DNA of 11,273 nucleotides from Fibrobacteria bacterium (GTDB lineage Bacteria; Fibrobacterota; Fibrobacteria; UBA11236), in NCBI GenBank assembly GCA_043732185.1, contig JAYTHY010000077.1:1-11273 (forward strand), in the 5' to 3' direction. Made by a program: the position numbers and the translations under genes. The notes under the pieces were generated by a model. It saw only the letters and a list, made by a program, of their open reading frames with translations, made no database searches and was not told the origin of the DNA. Shown here one piece after another: positions 1-8,800 of this stretch (position 1 is the stretch's first letter; every line of letters begins with the position of its first letter).

Positions 1-1375
1 CTAAATCTAAAGCAGCACTAGATTGTCGCTGCGGCATTTGTAGTCGCCTGCCCAAGGTGTCCACTATCGCAGAGTCTCCGGAGCTGGAATACCGTCGCAG
101 CAGGGCTGAATCCAACACCAAAGCCAATGGTTTGTCTTTATTCTCCAATTCCGATATAGCTCGTATGGACCAAGTGAGCGGACCTGCACTGTCTTTTACT
201 TCGCCCGAACTTAGACTGCGTTGATACTCTTCGTCGGTATATTGGAATTCGGCCGAAAACAAATTTTCACTGGTAACCACAACTCCGGGAAGGAAGTCCA
301 GCCGACCCTCACCATAATCGATGGTGTAGTCAATGCCTCGCTTTAATGGATTGCCATTACGCCAGATCCGTTCCGTGCCTGCCAACACGGTGATAAACTG
401 GCGGCCATTTCTGCCCCGTAAATAATATCCCCTTTGCTTGCCGTCCACGCCTCGCAACGTGTCGCTTTGATATTGGCCATCGCTGATAGACCAGCTCCCC
501 CGCAGTCCATAATCGCCTCGTGAGTAGGAGCCGTTGACCCCTTCTACCTTGGCCCTGAACCTGTCTTCGCCATCCACGCCATAATCAAGCAAATAATTGC
601 CGAGTACGTAGGCATAATGCTTTCCATAGACTCGCATGAATTTGGTGTCGACCTCTTTGAGAGTGGCGGTATTGCCATCGGGTTGCACGGGCACATTTTG
701 ATCGGACAGTTGACCTTCCAAAAAAACATCTTCGGCAACCTGGCCATCCAGGTTTATAAAGAGCGATGCATCCAGCCCCAGGCCACCGCCGCTGCCCACG
801 GTTACGGCCATCGACTTGCTCCCGGAATAATTCAAACGGTATTTAGAATAGGCAGTATCTTCACTGTTTATGGAAGAAAATATTTCCACTTGGCGAGAAC
901 TGTCTAATACTTGCTGGCGAAAAACGGGAACTTGATCGCGGCGATAGAGTGAGAAACCGGACTGCACCATCAGCGGCGTAGTTGCCCTGTCCCAGCAGAC
1001 GGTATCGCCAGTGCCAATGGGTGCAGCAAAAACCAAAAGAGAGTCGCCAATGGGAATCCGAAAATCCTGATCGCGTAAAAGTTCGACGCCATTACGCTTG
1101 AGTTTAAAACGAAAGACCGATCCTAAACCTCCTGTTGGCTGTAGGGTATCTACACTTCGCCAGGAATTGAATGCCGTCGTTCCCGGGCCCCGTGCAGCAA
1201 TAGCACTTGCTAGTGGCCCTGATACGCACGCTTTCGATCGTATCCAACCGGGCTCTGGGCGTTCTGTCCTTTCGGTAGGCAGGTAATGCGTTACCTGAGA
1301 TTCAATCAATACCGGCGCAGCTAGGATCACCGTCATGATAAAGACAAATACATTGAGGAAGGACCGTGTCTTCAA
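1..1375 (-). CDS. Large secreted/outer-membrane conserved hypothetical protein with SprA/Sov-like motifs (partial, 3' end beyond left edge)
   Basis: Hand translation gives 458 stop-free codons from TTG 1375 (overlapping the upstream TGA at 1372-1374; alternative in-frame ATG 1336) to the window edge. The N-terminus MKTRSFLNVFVFIMTVILAAPVLIES looks like a signal peptide. It contains LEGQLSDQNVPVQPDGNTATLKEVD and GYYLRGRNGRQFITVLAGTERIWRNGNPLKRGIDYTIDYGEGRLDF, which I recognise as resembling large FCB-group outer-membrane hypothetical proteins and the 'DYTVDY' segment of SprA. It is missing from the ORF track because no stop lies in the window. Confidence 0.85.
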   Translation of the reverse strand, partial: MKTRSFLNVFVFIMTVILAAPVLIESQVTHYLPTERTERPEPGWIRSKACVSGPLASAIAARGPGTTAFNSWRSVDTLQPTGGLGSVFRFKLKRNGVELLRDQDFRIPIGDSLLVFAAPIGTGDTVCWDRATTPLMVQSGFSLYRRDQVPVFRQQVLDSSRQVEIFSSINSEDTAYSKYRLNYSGSKSMAVTVGSGGGLGLDASLFINLDGQVAEDVFLEGQLSDQNVPVQPDGNTATLKEVDTKFMRVYGKHYAYVLGNYLLDYGVDGEDRFRAKVEGVNGSYSRGDYGLRGSWSISDGQYQSDTLRGVDGKQRGYYLRGRNGRQFITVLAGTERIWRNGNPLKRGIDYTIDYGEGRLDFLPGVVVTSENLFSAEFQYTDEEYQRSLSSGEVKDSAGPLTWSIRAISELENKDKPLALVLDSALLRRYSSSGDSAIVDTLGRRLQMPQRQSSAALDL

Positions 1376-2262
1376 GGTTGAAAAGGTATGGAGCCGGGTT
1401 TATGTGGTTGGGGGATCGAATCAGAAAAGAAACTTCCGGCAATGGGAGAATAGTAATACGTGGAATGGGTTGTGCAAGCACTTTCCGAATGGAAAACCAA
1501 TCTCCATTCCGTTCCATCTGGTTCGGGTCTGGCTTCGATTCTCCCCGTAGTTTTTGAAAAAAGTATTTTGTTGGATGCATTGAAATAATCGTCGAAAACC
1601 ATCGGACTGGAACCCTTGCGCAAACAAACGGGATGTTTAAAATACGGCTCCCACAAACAGGCATCCATTCCAAGAGACAAATTAAACGTGTAACGCAGTT
1701 GCCAGTCACCGGAACCACCCGAAGTCCTGAGCTCCGAAAATTTCCAGACCTTGGCCTCGGTTAAATCGAGAAAAGAAAATAGTCCGTCACGCGTCCAATA
1801 GACCTCTATGTTGTTTAAATTCCGATCCCGAATCTCTGGAGGTAATGGAATGCCGGAGACAAACTGCGCATTGGTGTCGTACAACGCCAACCGTTTACTG
1901 GCCCGATCCAGAAGGAAAAAATTCCCGTTAGGTCCAGAAATCGCCCGAACCGGTTGAAAGGGTTGCGTTGCGGCCGGTAAAGCCAGCCAGTGCATGGCAT
2001 TGGTCCAATCCCCTTGAAGGCTATCTAAAATTCCGCAGGCAAGGGCCGGGTTTCCCTCAAGCAGGTTCAAGTTCCCATCCAGCATGGGCCATTTCTGGTA
2101 TCGGGAATGGGTAAAGTCAAAAATGAAAAAATTTTTGCCGGAAGCCAGGACGGCTTCAGCATGAAATGTCCCCATGGAACCGGTCTCGCGTACCTGGCCC
2201 GCGCAGGCCAAGATGAATGCGCCAGTCCCCGACAATAAAAATCTGCGCAATCTACCGCGCAC
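1372..2262 (-). CDS. Putative lipoprotein with NHL-repeat/beta-propeller-like segments
   Basis: ORF 1372..2382. The likely start is GTG 2262, giving MRGRLRRFLLSGTGAFILAC (basic n-region, h-region, lipobox ILA-C). PFQPVRAISGPNGNFFLLDRASKRLALYDTNAQFVSGI and VYWTRDGLFSFLDLTEAKVWKF resemble NHL blades. The longer start would overlap the ECF gene and its promoter. Start is uncertain. Confidence 0.7.
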   Translation of the reverse strand: MRGRLRRFLLSGTGAFILACAGQVRETGSMGTFHAEAVLASGKNFFIFDFTHSRYQKWPMLDGNLNLLEGNPALACGILDSLQGDWTNAMHWLALPAATQPFQPVRAISGPNGNFFLLDRASKRLALYDTNAQFVSGIPLPPEIRDRNLNNIEVYWTRDGLFSFLDLTEAKVWKFSELRTSGGSGDWQLRYTFNLSLGMDACLWEPYFKHPVCLRKGSSPMVFDDYFNASNKILFSKTTGRIEARPEPDGTEWRLVFHSESACTTHSTYYYSPIAGSFFSDSIPQPHKPGSIPFQP

Positions 2263-2285
2263 AACCTGCGCAATGACTTGCGCAG
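2243..2285. promoter_or_regulatory. Tandem dyad sites, putative upstream activating sequence (enhancer) for a sigma-54 activator
   Basis: Perfect dyad CTGCGCAA-TGAC-TTGCGCAG at 2266-2285 and a degenerate copy CTGCGCAA-TCTA-CCGCGCAC at 2243-2262, offset by 23 bp. They lie about -86 to -128 from the predicted sigma-54 start site. Confidence 0.6.
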
Positions 2286-2302
2286 CGATTTCAAAGTAGA
2301 GG

Positions 2303-2320
2303 TAAAAAACGCCTTTTTTA
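2303..2320. promoter_or_regulatory. A/T-tract palindrome between putative enhancer and sigma-54 promoter (possible bend or IHF/HU region)
   Basis: TAAAAAA-CGCC-TTTTTTA, a perfect 7-bp inverted repeat at about -51 to -68. It does not match the IHF consensus WATCAANNNNTTR. Confidence 0.35.
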
Positions 2321-2343
2321 GGGAAATATGAAGCTTTTTCGAC

Positions 2344-2360
2344 TTGGCACATCCGTTGCT
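2344..2360 (+). promoter_or_regulatory. Sigma-54 (RpoN) -24/-12 promoter upstream of the ECF sigma gene
   Basis: TTGGCACATCCGTTGCT versus consensus YTGGCACGNNNNTTGCW, one mismatch, with exact GG-N10-GC spacing (GG 2346-2347, GC 2358-2359). It is intergenic and correctly oriented. Confidence 0.8.
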
Positions 2361-2373
2361 TTATCCTCTTATC

Positions 2374-3009
2374 ATGACACACACAACGCTTCTAAATCGG
2401 ACTGAAACTAAACCCTCTGGACTCTCACGAAACGACTTCGCCAAACTGTACGAGTTGTACTTCCCATTAGTCCACCGAATTTGTTACCGATATACTAAAA
2501 ACCGGGAGGACGCCTATGATCTCGCCCAAGAGGTCTTTATCAAAGTCCATGGAAACTACTCCAGCTTTGTCGGAAACTCCCAGCCATCTACCTGGCTTTA
2601 CCGGGTAGCCACCAACCATTGCCTCGATCATTTGCGGTGGCTGAAACGGCAAACTGAATTGCTGACCAACTACACGGATAGCCGAAAGATCCATCCACCC
2701 CAGAAAACAGATTCTGATGAGAAAATCAAACGGCTCATGTCCAAACTAATGGAAAATTTAGACGAAGCCAACCGCCAAGTTGTATTTTTGCGATTTGAAG
2801 TGGGGCTTTCCCATTTGGAAATAGCGGAAATCTGTGGTGTGTCCAGAGTAGCCATCACCAAACGCCTGTCGAAATTTCTAAAAAAAGTTTCGTCCTTTGC
2901 CCCCGGTTTCACCGATTCCTTTGAACCCGTCAGTTGCCTGGCTGACTTATCCTGCTGCGCGGTGATCGTACCAAACTGCTCGTCGGAAGAAATCCTAGAA
3001 TCGGAATAA
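2374..3009 (+). CDS. ECF (sigma-70 group 4) RNA polymerase sigma factor with Cys-rich C-terminal extension
   Basis: Region 2: FAKLYELYFPLVHRICYRY...EDAYDLAQEVFIK...STWLYRVATNHCLDHLR. Region 4: LDEANRQVVFLRFEVGLSHLEIAEICGVSRVAITKRL. ATG 2374 is preferred because the track's TTG 2344 is part of the -24 element. Confidence 0.93.
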   Translation: MTHTTLLNRTETKPSGLSRNDFAKLYELYFPLVHRICYRYTKNREDAYDLAQEVFIKVHGNYSSFVGNSQPSTWLYRVATNHCLDHLRWLKRQTELLTNYTDSRKIHPPQKTDSDEKIKRLMSKLMENLDEANRQVVFLRFEVGLSHLEIAEICGVSRVAITKRLSKFLKKVSSFAPGFTDSFEPVSCLADLSCCAVIVPNCSSEEILESE

Positions 3010-3021
3010 GAACCAATCGCT

Positions 3022-4416
3022 TCATGCGATGCCAAACTCCTTGATTTTATAAAGCAAGGACCGCCGACTCATGCCTAAGGACTCGGCGGTTTGCGTTTTG
3101 TTCCAGCGGTTCAGTTCCAAACTTTTAAGAATTTCCGCGCGCTCAACGGCCTGTTTCTTTTCCTTGATCGCCGTTCCACCCTTCGATTGGGCCGATTCCA
3201 TTTCGTTCGATTCGGTTTTGTTTCCAGCGCCGCTTTGCGGTCCTTCGTCTGACAAAGCAAAAGACAAGCCTTCACCAGATGCCAATACCACGGCGCGCTC
3301 AACGGCATTCGCCAATTCTCGAACATTGCCAGGCCAGGAATAGCTGCAGAGATCTCGTTCGTTATCGGCGGTCAAAGAATACTTGCAGCCGTATCGTTCG
3401 TTGTAATATGTCACGAAATTACGGGCCAACAATAAAACATCCCCTTCCCGATCGCGCAATGCCGGTAAATCAATGGGGATGATATTCAGTCGATAGTAAA
3501 GGTCTTCGCGAAAGCGGCCTTGCTTGATCTCTTCCTTAAGATTGCGATTGGTAGCCGCGATTAACCGAAAGTCCAATTTAAAGGTACGGGCGGAACCCAC
3601 CGGCTCAATAATGCGGTCTTGAATAACCCGAAGCAATTTAACCTGCATGAGCATTGGCATCTCGCCGATTTCGTCCAGAAAAATGGTGCCGCCATCGGCT
3701 AAGGTGAATTTACCGGGCTTGGATGCGATGGCGCCCGTAAAAGCCCCTTTCTCGTGGCCGAATAATTCACTCTCCAAAAGGTTTTCAGGTATGGCACCGC
3801 AATTGACCGCGATAAACGGCTTCTCCGAGCGCTTGCTGAGCGTGTGAATGGCACGGGACACCACTTCCTTCCCCGTGCCGCTTTCTCCCGTTAAGAGCAC
3901 AGTGGTATCGGAAACCGCGGCCTTGCGCGCCTTCTCCAAACATGCCAGTAACACCGAGCTCTTGCCGACAATGCCAGTAAGAGCGTTAACCGTTACGCCT
4001 GTCTCCACAGTCGGAATCGGATCCGAAGTGCCCGTGCGTTCCCGTAGCAATCTCCGGGCAATATTACGAATCTCCTCATTCTCAAAAGGCTTGGTCAAAA
4101 AATCCGAGGCGCCGAATCGAAGCGCTTGTATGGCCGTATCCAAAGTGCCATGGGCCGTAATCATCAGAAATTTAATCGAAGGCTGTTCACTTTTAACTTT
4201 GCTTAGGAAATCCAATCCATTCATGCCTGGCATCTGTATATCGCAAACCACAACATCAACGTTTTCTTCACGAATCAGGGTAAGGGCTTCTTCTGCAGAT
4301 CCGGCATCATGAATGGAAATCGCCAGGGATTCCAAAGTGGCCCGAAGGATCTCGCGTATATGTTCCTCGTCATCAACAATGAGAAACCGTCCACGCAAAG
4401 TATCCACAGAATTCAT
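3022..4416 (-). CDS. Sigma-54-dependent response regulator (REC-AAA+-Fis HTH; NtrC/AtoC/PilR family)
   Basis: REC domain (LIVDDE, CDIQMPGMNG, ITAHG, LTKPF), Walker A GESGTGKE, intact ESELFGHEKGAFTGA, Walker B FLDEIGE, FREDLYYRLN, WPGNVREL, and HTH NKTQTAESLGMSRRSLLYKIK. Confidence 0.97.
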   Translation of the reverse strand: MNSVDTLRGRFLIVDDEEHIREILRATLESLAISIHDAGSAEEALTLIREENVDVVVCDIQMPGMNGLDFLSKVKSEQPSIKFLMITAHGTLDTAIQALRFGASDFLTKPFENEEIRNIARRLLRERTGTSDPIPTVETGVTVNALTGIVGKSSVLLACLEKARKAAVSDTTVLLTGESGTGKEVVSRAIHTLSKRSEKPFIAVNCGAIPENLLESELFGHEKGAFTGAIASKPGKFTLADGGTIFLDEIGEMPMLMQVKLLRVIQDRIIEPVGSARTFKLDFRLIAATNRNLKEEIKQGRFREDLYYRLNIIPIDLPALRDREGDVLLLARNFVTYYNERYGCKYSLTADNERDLCSYSWPGNVRELANAVERAVVLASGEGLSFALSDEGPQSGAGNKTESNEMESAQSKGGTAIKEKKQAVERAEILKSLELNRWNKTQTAESLGMSRRSLLYKIKEFGIA

Positions 4417-5825
4417 ATTGCGGCCTTTCCTTGATCAATGGCATTTTCTTGAACGCTCGACTTGTCATGGCTACCGGGCTTTAATACAAGGACAAACCGA
4501 GCGCCTGGCTGTTTAGGTTCAAAATACAGATCGCCTCCCATCTCTCTGGCGATTTTTCGGGAAATGGCCAAACCTAGACCCGTTCCCTTAGTGGAAGTCG
4601 TAAAAAACGGATCGAAAACTTGGTTGAGATTACTTTCCGAAACACCTTCGCCATCATCCTCGACAATAATTTCCACGGTTTCTGAATGCCTACGCACGGT
4701 AATGTTCACCGGCTTATTCGGCAATTGATAACGACGGGCGTTTTGATACAGATTGAGTAATATCTGACGCAAGCCTTCCCCATCCGCTTGCACATTGGCA
4801 AAAGCGTCCAATGTGTGAAACTGAACTTTATCCGGTCCAGCCAAAGCCGCTTGCTCATGACAAAAACCCTCAACGGCATCCTTGGCATCAAATTCAGAAA
4901 TACGCGTTTGAAAGGGTCGCGAAAATTGCAAAAATTGTTGCACAACACCATTTAGTCGCACGGAATCCTTGAGAATCATATTGATGAATTTGACATTGCC
5001 TTTGTTCTCCTCCTTGAGAAGCTGCGCGGCGCCATAAATACCTTCCAGTGGATTCTTGATCTCATGGGCCACATTAGCAGCAATGGCTGCCCGTTCCTTG
5101 GCTTTAAGTGCCGACTCCCCTTCGCGAATCCGCACATTGACCAGTCGCTTTACATTGTAAACCAGGAAGTAAATGAGAAAGGAAAAAATAACCAGATAAA
5201 GGACATTGAAACCCAAGTAGCTGGCGCAAATTTTAGCCGACGTGGTATGTTCAACACCCGTGCCGAACTGCATGTCGTATTTTAAAAAGAAGTATAGGAG
5301 CAAGGAGCAATAACTGAAAATGGCGACGACACCGCCATACACGGCCAAATGTAGGCGGTAGCGCAGGGCAGCCAGTCCTAGACAACAGAAATAATTGTAG
5401 AAGGTGGGGACCTTTAGCGCATAGGCGTACCCGGCCGAATACTGAAGAGTAAAAAGCATGCCGGTTATGATGAACATGTCCATGGTCGTGGACAAATACT
5501 TGAACCATTGTTGATAGGGATATTTCAACAAGTAAACCTGGTACCCGATCGACCAAACCAACCAGAAGCCGCCGCCGCCAAGATTGGAGACATTAGACCA
5601 GTAGGGATTGCCAGGCGCATGGCCAATCGTCGAGATCACCCAAACCACCAAGTAGACTATCCGAATAATATTGGAAGAACGCTCGGCCTTGGCTTCTATT
5701 TGAAACCAGATGTTTCGACGTCGCTCACTCTCATGCGGGCGCGTAGCAAAAATAACCGTACGGCGGAAATGGTGCTTTACCGCGGGTCCAGCCCATTCAT
5801 CAAGCGGCAATCCGACTTGCCTCAT
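4413..5825 (-). CDS. Membrane-bound sensor histidine kinase (about 5-6 TM helices, HisKA + HATPase_c)
   Basis: H box AHEIKNPL, N box QILLNLYQNA, G1 DDGEG, F box FDPFFTT, G2 GTGLGL, preceded by a hydrophobic multi-pass N-terminal half. Its stop overlaps the regulator start (ATGA, 4413-4416). Start is uncertain (ATG 5825 or GTG 5837, both inside smc). Confidence 0.93.
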   Translation of the reverse strand: MRQVGLPLDEWAGPAVKHHFRRTVIFATRPHESERRRNIWFQIEAKAERSSNIIRIVYLVVWVISTIGHAPGNPYWSNVSNLGGGGFWLVWSIGYQVYLLKYPYQQWFKYLSTTMDMFIITGMLFTLQYSAGYAYALKVPTFYNYFCCLGLAALRYRLHLAVYGGVVAIFSYCSLLLYFFLKYDMQFGTGVEHTTSAKICASYLGFNVLYLVIFSFLIYFLVYNVKRLVNVRIREGESALKAKERAAIAANVAHEIKNPLEGIYGAAQLLKEENKGNVKFINMILKDSVRLNGVVQQFLQFSRPFQTRISEFDAKDAVEGFCHEQAALAGPDKVQFHTLDAFANVQADGEGLRQILLNLYQNARRYQLPNKPVNITVRRHSETVEIIVEDDGEGVSESNLNQVFDPFFTTSTKGTGLGLAISRKIAREMGGDLYFEPKQPGARFVLVLKPGSHDKSSVQENAIDQGKAAI

Positions 5826-8800
5826 CAAGTTGCACACTGACCAGCTTGGATATGCCCTTTATTTCCTGAGTGACGCCATAAAGCATATCGGACGCAGCCA
5901 TGGTGCGCTTGTTATGCGTGACCACGATGAACTGGGTTTGATGGGAAAACCGTCGGAGCAGATTGACAAAGCGGCCGATGTTGGCGTCGTCCAAGGGACC
6001 GTCGACTTCGTCCATAATGCAATAGGGCGAGGGACGCACCAAATACAGTGCGAACAGGAGGGAAATTGCAGTGAGGGCTCGTTCCCCACCAGACAATAAA
6101 GATACGCCGCGCATTTTTTTACCGGTGGGTCGCGCATTGATTTCAATTTTAGCATCCAGCGGATCCACATTGTCCTCCAATGCCAACTGCGCCTCGCCCC
6201 CTTCAAAGAGACTGGAGAAAACTTCCTGAAAATTCTTTTGCACCACACTAAAAGTTTCCAGAAATTGTTCCCTAGCGACCTTATCCAGTTTCTTTATAGC
6301 CTTTTCCAAACCCAGCCGGGCTTTATCCAAATCCTGGTATTGCCGATTCACCTCATCCAACTTGGTTTTTTCCGCTTCATAGTCTTCAAGCGCACCTGGG
6401 TTGATGTTCCCAAGGTTTTTGAGCTTATCCTTGTAGGCGGCAATTTCCTCAGGTGCCGTTGATGCGTCGTAGGGAACCCGTTCAAAGATGGGCTCATCTG
6501 TGCCGGGTTTGGTGGTCTGGGACAAATCCACTTCATGCAATTCAAACATGCGTTCACGGATATTAGTCATAGCCGCGCGCGCTTGTTCCATCTTTAACGA
6601 CGCCTCATGCTGGTCCTGCGTCACTTGCCGCAACTCCTCATTGCGATTCCGAATCATGGTGCGCAACTCGTCCAACCGGCCAACCTTTTGGTCGTAGACG
6701 AATTTCGCCTCATCCCGTTTCTGTTCCTCACCCGTCATGCGGGTATGCAGAAGCTGAATCTGATCCACCAAACTCTCCATGCGCAGCTTGACTTGATCGA
6801 TAAGCGTAGACCATTCCAACTGTTGAGCTGCATTCTTTACGATGAGTTCATTCTGTTCTTTTTCCGACCTGTCCAAATACTCCAAGCGCAAATGCAATGC
6901 CTTGGACTTGGATTCATTCTGATTGCGGTTTTTGTCGAGATCGCGCATGGCTTCGTCGAATTTGGCCCGTTCTCCTTCGACGCGATGGACGTCTTCCAAG
7001 GCTTGATGAAATTGATTTTCCAAAACCCGGCGGGCCTCTTCTCCCTCTTCCAAGCGTTCCTGCAAACCTTCTTGGCCCCGCAGTGCCTCTTCAAGCTGAG
7101 TCCGCACGGCCTCCAGCTTAAATCGAGTTTGAGACTTGGATTTGTCCAATCCCTCCAAAGTAGTGGTGAGATAATTCAATTTGGATTTCTGTTCCTGCCA
7201 ACTTCTTTCCAGCTTTTTTTGTTCTTGCCCCAAAGAAGCCTGACCGGCTTCCAAAGTTTTCCGTTCCGTTTCCAGTGCCAGTATGCGCGCAGAAAGATCC
7301 AGGCAGATTGCAACCACCTCTTCCAAACGCTTGGCGGTTTGTTCCAATAAATGCTTACGTTGCAGCAACCCGGTTTGCGAAACTTTTTGCGCCCCGCCTA
7401 GAACCAGTCCGGAGGCATGCGTCATTTCACCCGATGGTGTGACCAGCCAAATATCCTGTCCGGCCAATTTCGGCAATAAAGACCAGGCCACATCCAGATT
7501 GTCCACCAATCCATAGTGCCCGAGAGCTAATTCCAGCAGCGGCCCAATTGCGGATCCAGCTTCCACTTTATCGATAACCCATCCGAGAAAACCTGTCTCA
7601 CCGGCCAAATCCGGACGCGATCGAGAAAATTTGATACCAGGGTTTTCCGCAAATAATAATGCCTCACCTTTTTCGGAACGCTGCAAATCAGCCAGCAAGG
7701 CTAGGCCGTCGGAATGGTTTTCGACCACCAGTGCTTGCAAATAACGGCCCAAGCATTTTTCCGCCACGATAACGGCGTCATCGGGAACTTTAATCGCATC
7801 GGCCAATAAATTCTTGATGCGGGATTTGGCACTTTCCAGAAGAAATTGGACACCCCCATCCACGCCTTCCATGCTTTCCTGCAATCCTTGCAACATGGCC
7901 AGCCGCGTTTCTAAAGCAACCTTTTCGGAATTGCTAGCCCGCTCCTCAACGCGCAAGAGATTCAATTCCTGCGCCGATTGCACAAGTCGTATCGACGTAT
8001 TCCCAAGCTTTCCACCGAGGTCCGTGACCATCACTTCCAGCTTGGCTACTTCTTCCGTTAACGCGATTTGTTCTTTGGAAAAAGTCAGCACTTTTTCCGT
8101 GGTCTCCTGGAGGAGATAATCCAATTCACCATCGTCCTCTTTGAGATGTTGCAAATCAGTCTGAGCAGATCCGGCCCGATTTCTAAGCGCGGACAATTCT
8201 TCCAAAGATTGCAGACGCTCTTCGGCCAATTCATCGGCGCGACGCCGCTTTTCCGCATAACTGGCGTGAAGGCGATTCTTTTCCTCGACATGGCCTTCAC
8301 TCAACCCAGCCAAATACACCCGCTCAACTTCCAATCGGGATATTTCGTCTTGATCCTGGGTTTTCTCCAAGGACATTTCCTTTAACCTACGGCCAGCCCC
8401 TTCGGTTTCACCCTCTAGGCGCAGAAGCGATTCACTCAAATGCTGAATGCGATCCCGCGATTTGTCCATTTCGTTTTCAATCCGAATGACTTCGGCATTG
8501 GTGGCTGCCACCACTTGATTGCGGCGATGCAATTCCTGTTCTTCTTCCAGGATGAGTAGGCGACCCTCTTCGAGATTAGACTCCTGTACGGTGATTTGCG
8601 ACTGCAAACTGCTGATGCGCTCGCGGGATGTGATCGTCAAGGTTTCAAAAGTTTGATGTTTGACGTCTAGTTCTTGATAGGTATCCAAATTATAACTGAG
8701 TTCTAATCCGACATAGGCTTTTCTCAAATCGCGCCATTTTTCAGCCTTCTTGGCCTGACGTTCGAACATGGTTACGTTTTGCTGGACAAATTTGAGATTG

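Noticed and set aside
544..1286. Short track ORFs 544..747, 617..907 and 1098..1286
   Set aside because: They are explained as shadows of the long minus-strand ORF 1..1375.
1281..1296. Hairpin AGGTAA-TGCG-TTACCT
   Set aside because: Short stem inside a coding region with no U-tract, likely chance.
3849..3864. TGGCACG as a second sigma-54 -24 element
   Set aside because: There is no TTGC at the -12 position, and it lies antisense within the regulator gene.
6607..7350. 247-aa plus-strand ORF and other short ORFs inside smc, the kinase and the regulator
   Set aside because: These are antisense or alternate-frame shadows of well-conserved genes, with no recognisable motifs.
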